This document shows, piece by piece, positions 31,836-41,800 of a stretch of 44,100 nucleotides of DNA. Within the stretch, counting starts at the first letter, position 1. Each line of letters begins with the position of its first letter. The position numbers and the translations under genes were made by a program. The stretch spans positions 1 to 44,100 of the forward strand of contig JALAGF010006593.1 of the NCBI GenBank assembly GCA_030167865.1, given 5' to 3'. The stretch comes from Craspedostauros australis (Eukaryota). The notes beneath the pieces were generated by a model. It was not told the origin of the DNA. It was given only the letters and a program-made list of their open reading frames with translations, and searched no databases.

Positions 31836-33941
31836 ATGACGACAGAAGAAAAGGCACAAGACGCGGGGACAGCAGAGACGGGAGATGATGCCGACAGCGG
31901 CAACACGCGCAACCCGCTGTCGGGACGCGAGATGGAGCTGGCGAACAACCCTCCGGAGCTGATGGAGGCCCACAAGAAGCGCAACGGCAACATCGTTCGC
32001 ACGCGCTTCCCTCCCGAACCCAACGGCTACCTCCACATCGGCCACGCCAAGTCCATGAACATGAACTTCCACCTGGCCTTCGAGAAGGTCGGCGTCGCCA
32101 AGGAGAACCGCCGCACGATTTTCCGCTACGACGACACCAACCCGGACGCGGAGAGCAAGGAGTACATCGAATCGCTGCGGCGCGACGTCGAGTACATGGG
32201 CTGGACGCCCGAGCGCACCACCTACGCGTCCGACAACTTCCAGAAGCTCTACGAGTTCGCCCTGGACCTCATCAACAAGGGGCTGGCCTACGTCTGCGAC
32301 ATGACCAAGAGCGAGATGGAGCAGCAAAGGGAGCTCGCCATGAAGCGGGTCATCGCGATCAACACCGGCAAGGACCCCGATCAGGTCGCGCCCATCACCT
32401 CCACGGACATCCTGCCTGGCCGCAACCGCAACACCAGCGTCCAACGCAACCTGGACCTCTTCCAAAAGATGAAGGACGGCTTCTTCGACGAGGGCACGTA
32501 CACCCTGCGTCTCAAGATGGACCTCGAGAGCTCAAACCCAAACATGTTCGATCTGGTCGCATACCGCATCAAATACACGTCGCACCCGCACGCCGGGGAC
32601 GGATGGTGCATCTACCCGGCGTACGACTTCACCCACGGTGTCTGCGACTCCCTCGAGGACATTGACTACTCCATCTGCACGCTGGAATTCGAGACGCGTC
32701 GCGAGCCCTACTACTGGATCCTGTGGGCCATCAATCTATACCGTCCCCACGTTTACGAAATGTCGCGACTCAACTTGGAGTACACCGTGCTCAGCAAACG
32801 CCGCCTCCTCAAGCTCGTCAATGCAGGCTACGTGCGCGGTTGGGACGATCCGCGCATGCCCACCATCTCCGGTCTGCGCCGACGAGGCTACACCAAGGAC
32901 ATCCTCAACAACTTCTGCAACGCGGTCGGCGTCACGCGCGTCAAGAACGTCATCCAAATGGAGATGCTCTACAACACGGCGCGCAACGAGCTCAGCGCAT
33001 CCTCCCGACGTGCCATGGCGGCCATGGACCCCATCAAGATCACCTTCACCAACTGGGATGAGTACAAGGACACGCCAATCTCGTTCGACGTCCAGAACTC
33101 GCCGACCGACGAGGCCCTTGGCAAGCACACCATCACGCTCACGCCCGTCATCTACATCGATGCCACCGATTTCCGGTTGGAGAATTCACCGTCCTACTAC
33201 GGCCTGGCGCCCAACAAGGCGGTGGGCGTCAAGTACTTTGGAGGCAATATGATCTGCGACGAAGTCACCAAGGGAGCGGATGGCAAGGTCACCGAATTGA
33301 AGTGCCGGTTGGACAACAAGGACGACAGACCCAAGCCGCAGACGTGGATCAGCTGGGTCCCACAGGACGGCATCCGCTGCGAGGTCCGTATCTACGATCA
33401 CCTCTTCACGGTCGCCGAGCCAACCGAGCTTTGGGAGGAGGAGCTCAATTCAAAGTCGGAGGTCGTTTACGGCAACGCCATCGTCGATCCTTCCGTCCGC
33501 GACCTCGTCGACTACCGTGACGTCGACGTGTGGAAATCCAACACCGCGTTGCAATTCGAGCGCATGGGCTACTTCGTCGTGGACATCGACACCAAGTTCG
33601 ACAAGGACACGGGCAAGGGCAAGCTCGTCTTCAACCGCACGGTGTCGCTCAAGCAGGAGGCCACGATCAAGAAGCTGACGAAGGCCCAGGAGGAGACCAA
33701 CGCGGCGCGCAGGGCCAAGCAGGCCAAGGACAAGGCGGCCAAGGAAGCGCGCATGAAGATCGAGCCCAAGAACCTCTTCAAGGAGGCAGAAGAGCACAAG
33801 GGCAAGTACACCCAGTTCGATGCGGAGACCGGCATCCCAACCCACGACGCGGCGGGCAAGGAACTGACCAAGAGCGCCAAGAAGAAGCTGGCCAAGGAGC
33901 AGAACAAGCATATTAACATGCTCAAGAAGGCGGGCAAGTGA
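31836..33941 (+). CDS. QARS1: Glutaminyl-tRNA synthetase (class I)
   Basis: TRFPPEPNGYLHIGHAK, RYDDTNP, YPAYDFTH, CTLEF, VLSKRRL, GWDDPRMPTISGLRRRG and QFERMGYF; strong GC3 bias. Confidence 0.95.
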   Translation: MTTEEKAQDAGTAETGDDADSGNTRNPLSGREMELANNPPELMEAHKKRNGNIVRTRFPPEPNGYLHIGHAKSMNMNFHLAFEKVGVAKENRRTIFRYDDTNPDAESKEYIESLRRDVEYMGWTPERTTYASDNFQKLYEFALDLINKGLAYVCDMTKSEMEQQRELAMKRVIAINTGKDPDQVAPITSTDILPGRNRNTSVQRNLDLFQKMKDGFFDEGTYTLRLKMDLESSNPNMFDLVAYRIKYTSHPHAGDGWCIYPAYDFTHGVCDSLEDIDYSICTLEFETRREPYYWILWAINLYRPHVYEMSRLNLEYTVLSKRRLLKLVNAGYVRGWDDPRMPTISGLRRRGYTKDILNNFCNAVGVTRVKNVIQMEMLYNTARNELSASSRRAMAAMDPIKITFTNWDEYKDTPISFDVQNSPTDEALGKHTITLTPVIYIDATDFRLENSPSYYGLAPNKAVGVKYFGGNMICDEVTKGADGKVTELKCRLDNKDDRPKPQTWISWVPQDGIRCEVRIYDHLFTVAEPTELWEEELNSKSEVVYGNAIVDPSVRDLVDYRDVDVWKSNTALQFERMGYFVVDIDTKFDKDTGKGKLVFNRTVSLKQEATIKKLTKAQEETNAARRAKQAKDKAAKEARMKIEPKNLFKEAEEHKGKYTQFDAETGIPTHDAAGKELTKSAKKKLAKEQNKHINMLKKAGK

Positions 33942-34339
33942 TAATGGAGATACTGCCGGTGTTGTTGCTGCTGCTGCTGCTGCTGCTGCAGATGGTGGTG
34001 GTGCCGTTTGGTATGCATTTGTTTGCTCCACTCAAGGTTGATACGGCGTGGTTCTCTATAATATGACTTGAAATGGCCGATGAATCATTAAAGAATAACG
34101 GAAAGAATACGACAGACTCCAAACGTGTCGCAGCATTGTGGTGTCAACGTTGTGCCACTGCACGCATGGGCCTGGTGTTGCTTCCTCGCTCTCTTCAGTC
34201 CCCTTGAAACAACGTTCTCTGCTATACTGGTATCATTGCGTGGTTGTTGCATCTATGCTCTTGCATGCTATGCTATGCTATTCTACGCGTTGGATTGGAT
34301 TGCTGCAAAAGGAGAGCCGCGTTTTGTTCCAACGTTGAA

Positions 34340-35575
34340 TCATGTTGGTTTGCCTTTGCTGGTTTCGATCTCTTTCAGCAGGCGATACAGCTGACGGATC
34401 ATATCATTGTTAATCTCCGCATGCAGATGATGCGTATCGATGAAGGTGTCGTTATCCTTCGGCAGCTGCTCCGTCCAGCTCACGTTCCAACAATGCTCGA
34501 TGATGTCGCACACCATCGCATCGTGCTCGCCCATGCCGACGCCATCCTTCCTCGCCGTCGTGGTGCGGTAGATGCCAATCATGCCGGTGTCGTGCAGCGC
34601 CTTCTGGATGGCACGCACGACTGTCTCGTTGTTGAGCGTGTGCGATTTCCATTGACCTTGATTGAAGACCACGTAATCCGGTCTCGGTTCGAGGTGGGCC
34701 ACGTACTGCGTGAGGAAATCGTGCCATTCCGCAAACTCCCACGCAAATGGACGCGGGTGGAAATCCATGCTGCTGGCGTTGGCGTACTTGCCATGATATA
34801 CCTCCTGCGTCGACCAATGGCCGTGCATGGGATACTCGGCGAAACGAGCGAAGTAATTGACGTACACGTTGCGATCGCGATTGGCGTAATACCGATTCTC
34901 GACCTGCATCGCGGCGCGGAATCGCTGGCGCCAATGCCGGTACGAGTTGCTCTCCTCGTTGGGTTCGAGGACGCTGTTGGTGTAGGCGAAGAAGTCGTTC
35001 CATTCGGCCTTGGTGCTTCCGGCCAGCACGGCTCGCGTCATGAAGGGGTCATTGTGCTGCGGCCAGGTTCCCTTGTGGATGTAATGCGCCATGGAGAGGT
35101 AGGTGTACCTCGTCATGGAATCGCCGATGAATGCGATGCGCAGGTTGCTTCGTGGATAGTCCATGTCAGAATCCATTGCGTGCGTCGCATTGTCGTCATG
35201 GTGAGATGGCGTTGGTGATATCTTTGATTCCACCTTTGACGACCGTAGCTGTGGCATCTGCTGCTTGGAAGATTGTACTGAGCTGTGCATTGAGCTGTGC
35301 ATTGAGCTGTGCATTGAGCCTTGAATGGAGGCAAGACGCGACTGCATCCGTCTCAGCTCCATGTCAACCTGCCATTCTGAGGAACTCTGCGCCCACTCTC
35401 TGTAGTTCATCGCCCCAACAAAACTGCAGCATGCACCAGCAATCGTCATGTACGCCCTCCTGCGTCGCCATTGGCGGTTGCTGGCTTTCGCAGGCCGCGA
35501 TGGAGGAGGCGATGGGACCTGCTTCGATCCATTCCTCCTCAATTTCACCTTCTTCCTTCGTTTGTCGTTGCCCAT
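34340..35575 (-). CDS. Type II membrane SGNH/PC-esterase (TBL-like) protein, paralogue 1
   Basis: ATG 35575 (track start is TTG). Basic N-tail plus a hydrophobic segment; IAFIGDSMTRY, VFNQGQW, YRTTT and FIDTHH (DxxH). A 12-bp repeat encodes (MHSS)3. Confidence 0.75.
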   Translation of the reverse strand: MGNDKRRKKVKLRRNGSKQVPSPPPSRPAKASNRQWRRRRAYMTIAGACCSFVGAMNYREWAQSSSEWQVDMELRRMQSRLASIQGSMHSSMHSSMHSSVQSSKQQMPQLRSSKVESKISPTPSHHDDNATHAMDSDMDYPRSNLRIAFIGDSMTRYTYLSMAHYIHKGTWPQHNDPFMTRAVLAGSTKAEWNDFFAYTNSVLEPNEESNSYRHWRQRFRAAMQVENRYYANRDRNVYVNYFARFAEYPMHGHWSTQEVYHGKYANASSMDFHPRPFAWEFAEWHDFLTQYVAHLEPRPDYVVFNQGQWKSHTLNNETVVRAIQKALHDTGMIGIYRTTTARKDGVGMGEHDAMVCDIIEHCWNVSWTEQLPKDNDTFIDTHHLHAEINNDMIRQLYRLLKEIETSKGKPT

Positions 35576-36115
35576 TACTTCATCCAATCTGACAGCGATG
35601 CGATTTGGTCTTCTCTACGGTCTAGTTCGTATAATATAACACAATACAATGCGTGCCTGGGCTCTTTGTTGCGACTGCTTCTGCATAGAATATAGAATAG
35701 AATAGATCGTATTCTATTATACTACTACGCGTGGTGTAGTAGTAGTTGTGACTGCCGGCCGTCACGGTCCATGCCCATCCACTGATGACCACGAACAGTT
35801 TTGTGCAGAATGGGTTTCTCATCAAGAAATGGCGAAGGCGATTCTCCGCGAATTCAGGCGCCTCCTTGCTTTGAAGACACACTACTATGGCATGGCATCC
35901 AACGTCAGAATAGTACAGTAGTCATGCAGAAGACTTGCACTGTCAATCTACCCGTGCTGCATTTGCAAACTATAGTACGGCTACTATCATGCACTTTCGT
36001 TTCATTGCAAGGTACAGAGATGAAACTGACTTCAATACGAGGACGATTACTATCATACATGCGAGTATCCAAGTATTCTATGATGCCCTAATCACTCAGT
36101 CGGCGTCGACATGGA

Positions 36116-37471
36116 TCATCGGATTCCTTCCTCCTTCTTTGGATGCATTCTAATTTCGCTCAGCAACTCCAACAGCTGCCGTGTCATGCGATTATTGGCG
36201 TTCGCATGCAAATGCACAAAGTCAATAAAGGTGCGGTTGTCCTTCGGCAGCTCTTCCGTCCAGCTCACATTCAAGCACTGATCCATCACCGAGCATATGT
36301 GGGCGTCGTGGCCGCCGTACTCTTGCCCATCGAGCCGCGCTGTCGTCGTTCGGTAGATGCTGGTGACGTTGATTTCTTTCAGGGCACTTCGAATGCCTTC
36401 CACCACATTCACGTCGTGCAAATCATGGTGTGGCCACTGGCCTTGATTGAAGATGAAGTAATCCAGATTGAAGGGCCGAATGTAGTTGCGAATGAACTGC
36501 GGCCATTCGGGATAGTCCCATTTGAATCGGCGGGAGACGAAATTTATCGGCATTGGCTTCTGCTGGATTTCGATCGGGTCATAGTGCCCGTGGACGGATC
36601 TGTTGCCGAACTTGCCAATGTAGATGATGCTGATGTTGCGTGCGTCGTCGATGTAATACCTGTTCTCCACATGTCTCCTCTGCCGGAATACCTTCTGCCA
36701 ATTTCTGTAGCAATCGCAGGTTTCGTACGGTTGCATCAACGTTGACGTGTAATTGAACAGGCCGTGCCATAGGTTCCGGCTGGACCTCGGACCTATCGTC
36801 ACGAACCGATCATTGTGCTGCGGCCATGCGTTGAAATGGAGGTAGTACACCAGGGTGAGGTACGTGTATCTCGTCAGCGAGTCCCCCACGAAGGCTATTC
36901 GCACGTTCCTCTTCGGGAAGCCATCGCTCAATTCCAGGTCAGCTACGGATTGTGGCTCTGCTTGGGGCTGCGATTCAGGTTGTGATTCTGGCTTTGGCTG
37001 GGGCTTAGGTCGTGCCTCTAGGTCTGCAGTATGCTGGGGTTCAGTTTGTGGCTGAGCTTCAGACTCTGCTGGTTCCGGTTCAGCTTTAGATTGTGACTCA
37101 ACTTGCGGCTCAGATTCAGCTTTCGCTGATGACTCAAGTTGTGGCTCAGGTTCTGGAGTCCTCGGAGGTTCTGGTTCAGCTTCCTGCTCAGCCTTGACCT
37201 CTACCGACGCAGCGATCATTTGGGTATCGCCAATGACATCCGTGATTGGCAAGAAAGCGGATTGCATCAGCATATCGTTCTGTCGCCAGCTCCACTGGTT
37301 CCATAATGCAATGATCGCGCAGCTTATAAGCAACGCCGTCGAGATGCTCTTCCTCGTCGACGATGCTCTCGTTCCCATCGAAGCAGACCGGCTCTGATGA
37401 CCCGTCAGAGTCGCCCGCCGTTGCTTGCTCCATCCATGGAATGCAAGCAGACGATTTGATTGACCCGACAT
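36116..37471 (-). CDS. Type II membrane SGNH/PC-esterase (TBL-like) protein, paralogue 2, with Glu/Pro/Gln stalk
   Basis: ATG 37471. TM ISTALLISCAIIALW; EPQ-rich stalk; IAFVGDSLTRY, IFNQGQW, YRTTT and FIDFVH. Collinear with paralogue 1. Confidence 0.75.
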   Translation of the reverse strand: MSGQSNRLLAFHGWSKQRRATLTGHQSRSASMGTRASSTRKSISTALLISCAIIALWNQWSWRQNDMLMQSAFLPITDVIGDTQMIAASVEVKAEQEAEPEPPRTPEPEPQLESSAKAESEPQVESQSKAEPEPAESEAQPQTEPQHTADLEARPKPQPKPESQPESQPQAEPQSVADLELSDGFPKRNVRIAFVGDSLTRYTYLTLVYYLHFNAWPQHNDRFVTIGPRSSRNLWHGLFNYTSTLMQPYETCDCYRNWQKVFRQRRHVENRYYIDDARNISIIYIGKFGNRSVHGHYDPIEIQQKPMPINFVSRRFKWDYPEWPQFIRNYIRPFNLDYFIFNQGQWPHHDLHDVNVVEGIRSALKEINVTSIYRTTTARLDGQEYGGHDAHICSVMDQCLNVSWTEELPKDNRTFIDFVHLHANANNRMTRQLLELLSEIRMHPKKEEGIR

Positions 37472-38068
37472 GATCAAATCGCTCTTCGTAGCGTCTTGAT
37501 GGCTGGTCGAGAATAGCGTTTCTACGAAAGGAAGAGTATCAGGTTGGTTTGCGGAGTAGCCGTGCGAACAGCGCTAGTCCTCCAACCCGACTGCGCCTGA
37601 GGGGATGGAGGTCGTTGCGACGTGAAGCCGCGTGGTAATGGTACTATGGACGCATGTCGTGTGTTGATGTGTGCGCTGTGGTGGAAGAGGAACACGAAAA
37701 CGATGTGTCTTGTCATTTTCCTCAACGGTCCCATCCGTGATTGATACGTCATTCGTGTCTCAAACGGACAGTTTGAGAACGTCTAATTTACAGAGTTATA
37801 TCATAATTGCCGTTTACCCCATTCTCAATCGTTGACAATATTCAAAGACATCCGGGACACGCTCATTTACAGACCATTTTGTAGGACCATGACAGTCCGT
37901 TTATGTAATATGTATAGTGTCTACTTCAAGTCTAGATAAAAGGTGAGTCGGATTGAAGACAAGGAGTCGCGACGCTCTGGGAATAACAAGAGAAAGTACA
38001 TACGGTTGGACGACTAACACTGTTACTCTATTCGAGAATAGTTGCCCCACCCAGAGCACCATCATTAG

Positions 38069-38680
38069 TTAGTCCTGAAAGACGTCCTCCTCGAATCGAC
38101 CTTCGAGGATGTCGACGTCGTTCATGTGACAGATGCCTTGGCCATGCATCATCCCGTCTTTCCATTCTCCTTCGTACCACAGATCATTCATCCATACCTT
38201 TCTCCCTTTGCCTTCATGCTTGCCATGTTTCCATTCACCTTCATACCACAGGATGTCTTCGTCATTGTCGGCATATTCCATGCGCCCATCTCCGTGCGGT
38301 TGGCCATCGAGCAGATGCCCAACGTACACATCGCCATTCGTGTAGTTGACCGTTCCTTGCTCCTTGTCCCGATTATTGGCACGGTCTGCTTCGGCAATCC
38401 GACTTTGCTCCGCTTCTTTGCGAGACCGTTCCGCGTCCTCTTCCTGCTTGCGCCTTGTCTGCGTTTCGACTCGTTTCATCCACTTATCGTAGTTCTTGGT
38501 GTTGCAGATGGGACAGTATCCATCGTCACGCGCGGCCGTCATGGTGTACCCCACACCATCCACGTACATCTCGTAGCACCCATCGTCGGCGATCGGTCGA
38601 ATATCTTCGCACGCGCAGCACTTGGCGAGGCTGGAGGGGTAGCAGTGATGACCGCAGGATTTTTGTTCTCGGCTGATCAT
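38069..38680 (-). CDS. MORN-repeat protein with Cys-rich N-terminal domain (5' end possibly interrupted by the retrotransposon)
   Basis: MORN repeats YVGHLLDGQPHGDGRMEY, YEGEWKHGKHEGKGRKVW and YEGEWKDGMMHGQGIC. First ATG at 38680; the frame stays open up to the LTR junction. Confidence 0.75.
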   Translation of the reverse strand: MISREQKSCGHHCYPSSLAKCCACEDIRPIADDGCYEMYVDGVGYTMTAARDDGYCPICNTKNYDKWMKRVETQTRRKQEEDAERSRKEAEQSRIAEADRANNRDKEQGTVNYTNGDVYVGHLLDGQPHGDGRMEYADNDEDILWYEGEWKHGKHEGKGRKVWMNDLWYEGEWKDGMMHGQGICHMNDVDILEGRFEEDVFQD

Positions 38681-38696
38681 GTCCAAGTAGGCAGAT

Positions 38697-38887
38697 TGTC
38701 AATAAGACGAGTAGTGTGTGAATCAATGTTGTTCGCTAATATTATGAGATATTACATTGCTGAGCTGAGGAGTTGCGGTCTTGGCTCCTGCTAGTGTCTT
38801 GATCTGCTCTAGGAGGAAAGTGGGCGCGAGGTGCGCACTTTGCGTACGNNGGTCAGTCGGGTCACGTGCGGGACTGGAATCAATACA
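38697..38887 (-). repeat. 3' LTR (about 191 bp, TGTATTG...TTGACA)
   Basis: 3' end fixed by the match to the 5' LTR. 5' end inferred from the TG directly after the purine-rich GCGAGGG (38894-38888). Confidence 0.8.
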
Positions 38888-41800
38888 CCCTCGCGTAACT
38901 CCCAACATGCTCTGTCTTGCTGATTTGCCGCTGTCAGGGGTAGGCTTGAGGTACACTTCTCTCATTTTTCTGTGATGGGCCGTCGGATGATGCTTCGTGA
39001 AGTAGTCGGCGAGATTGTCTGCTCCGGGGGCCCAGTAGNNNNNNNNNNNNNNNNNNNNNNNNNNNNNNNNNNNNNNNNNNNNNNNNNNACTGGAATCAAT
39101 ACACCCTCGCGTAACTCCCAACATGCTCTGTCTTGCTGATTTGCCGCTGTCAGGGGTAGGCTTGAGGTACACGTCTCTCATTTTTCTGTGATGGGCCGTC
39201 GGATGATGCTTCGTGAAGTAGTCGGCGAGATTGTCTGCTCCGGGGGCCCAGTAGACAATGAATTGTCCTTGCTGGATCCGGTCGCGCACCCAGTAGAAGC
39301 GCATGTCCATTGCTCTGGTGCGTCGCTGTTTCATGGTGTTGTTGACGATGCCGGATGCGGTGGAATTGTCTGTTTTGATGGGTGTGGGCGGTTGGGTGTG
39401 GCCCAGTTCGTCCAGCGTGGTGCGTAGGGCGGATGCCGCTGTGCAGTTCAGGTAGAGCGCTCCCACTTCGGCCTCCGCCGCTGAGCTCATTACGTTCTGT
39501 ATTTTGTTGCAGACCGTGTGGATGGCACCGTTGTTTGGAGGTGGGTTGGCTGGCGCCTTGGTGTCCGTCGGGGATCTACTGCTGAGGTACATGTGGCCGC
39601 CGGCGCGGCTTCTGGCCTTTGGCAGGCTCAGGTATGATGCGTCACTGTCGACATGTAGTATCATGTCGCTGGCGGTGTACACGATGGTCGCATTGGGGTG
39701 CGTGGCGCAGTAGTCGAGTAGCTGTCGTACCCGGTTCGCTGTGTTGTGCGTGGCATGTGCTTGTTGAGTGGCGATGTCGCTGACTGCGGGAAGGATGGTT
39801 GGGTCGACGGCTCTTGCGTAGTATAGTAGGGTTCCTACTATTTGTCGGATGCGGATGATGTCTTCTGCTGGTAGCTCCGGTGCGGTGTCCTCCAGTTTGG
39901 GTTCTTGCGTTCTCGCGCCGTAGACTGGCGCTTCGCACGGCGCTGGCGCATGTTGTGGCTTGGTGGGGATCGGATGTTGGAATTTGTGAAGCGCCTTTTT
40001 CACGTATCCTGGCATGGACAGCTCCACTTTTCTCGCGTCGTAGTCCCACTTGAGGCTGACGCCGCAGTAGAGATCGCCGTCCCACTCGATGGTGCACTTG
40101 TATATTGTTTGAAGTGCCCCGATGAGATGCTGTGCGTGCTCTTTGCCCACGTATTTGACTCCGAAGTCGTCGACGACGAGAGTGAATGTGATGGGTCTGC
40201 AGTCGTGTTTCCACAATCCTGGAGTGTGTGGGACTGGTCTGTATCCGAATTTTGCGAGGTGTTTTTGGAGCTTCACATTTGCAATTTTGCCTGCTTGTGG
40301 TAGCCCATACATTCCCTTGCGTACTTCGACGTACACGTTGCCCTTGTGTTCGAGCTTGTGCAGCTGGTATTGCTCGATGACCTCTGGTGGCAGCATTGCC
40401 ATCGGCATGCGCATGTATTCGTATCTGTCCATTTCGGTGTTCAGATAAAAATCCTTGATGTCGATGGTCATGAACTTTGCTCCTGGGGTGGAGACAACGC
40501 TGTTGAACAAACACTTTGCTGTGGTGAGTTCCGCGGTTGGTGTGTGCACGTCGAAGGGGTAATCGATTAGGTTGCCTCCTACGGTGAGGCGCGTGCGATG
40601 TGTTTCCGCCTTTTGTGGTCTGACGGCGCATACGATGCGGCCGTAGGTTACGGTGCGATTTCGTGGTACTGCCGACCTTGGGACGAAGAAGATTGTGTTG
40701 GTTGCCGCCGACGCCGGAATGCGTGTTCCGATGCCTTGCGCCAAACGCCCGATCTCGTTCGCGAATGATGTGTACCATTGCTGCGGGGTGTGGCCGTGGA
40801 CTTTGCCTGCGATGAGGTGGCGGTATTCGTACGCCGTGCCTGTGCGTTCGTCGATGACTGCGTTCGCCGTGCTAGTTCCGCGCGTCCATTGCTTGCGTTG
40901 GATGGTTCCTGTGCGTAGCCGTGTGCGCGGCGCCGTCGCGTCGCTCGTTGTGGTTGGCGCTTGCGCCCTGCGGTCTTCGTTGTCGTCGTCGTCATCGGTG
41001 TCTGATTCGGGGTCTGAGTCTGCTTCGTCGTCGGTGACCTGTGGTGTCGCCTGGGGCACCCTCGGAGGTGTGCGCGCTGGCGTCGTGAAGGTGACGCGTT
41101 TCTGTTTGTTGCCGCCGCTGGCTGTGGTGAGCACCCTCGGAGGTGGCTCTGTCCGCACCCTCGGAAGTGGTGCTGCGGGCACTCTCGGAAGTGGTGCGGT
41201 GGGTGTTGCTGGGAGCGTCGTCTGGAAGATGTCGCTGAGCTGCTGTAGTGCTCCCAGCTGCTCGTCGCCGACTGATTGTAGTGGCGCGCAGGGTTTGGTG
41301 AGCGCTGCGGCGAGGTCGCCGGCTGCTTTGATGGCCATTTCTGCGTTGGTTGGCGTGGGCATCGCGCACTTGCTCGGCATCAACTCGATGGTGTCGGTGA
41401 CGCGGACTTTGCGCGTTTTGTTGCAATACACCTTGTAGCATCGGTAGTGCTCGAGTGCTGGTGCGATGTACCATCCGGCGGATCCGTGTGGTGCCCATGT
41501 GGCTCGCTTGTTGGGCTTGTCATGGATGACTGCCTTCGTTCCTGGTGGTGCCATCGGCGTTGCGTTGAAGTCGAAGTTGCCGTGGAGCGCGTGATGTGCT
41601 GAGATGTGCGGGTTGATGCGTGACGGTCGTAGCAGGTTGAGTGTGATGTCGCACTGCGGGAGGAGCTGGCACCACAGGTGGAGTGGAAATGCCTCGTCGG
41701 CCGTGGCCAGCCCTGCGATGAAGTGGTCCTTCCAAGTGGAGATAGCTCTCTCTGCAGCGTTGCGCCGATGGATGCCCGGTGGTACAAGTTGGTATTGCAT

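Noticed and set aside
26392..35218. ORFs 26392-27714 (-), 31779-32465 (-) and 34244-35218 (+)
   Set aside because: Antisense shadows of the TPM-RING, GlnRS and SGNH genes.
37758..37778. Small hairpin TCTCAAAC-ggaca-GTTTGAGA in an AT-richer intergenic stretch
   Set aside because: Only an 8-bp stem; no convincing TIR or TSD pair for a MITE; compatible with chance.
38873..39254. 166-bp direct duplication of the RNase H end/PPT (38873-39038 and 39089-39254)
   Set aside because: The copies flank a 50-N scaffold gap and differ at one base (38957/39173). This is most simply an unmerged contig overlap from a multi-copy element, not a real duplication.
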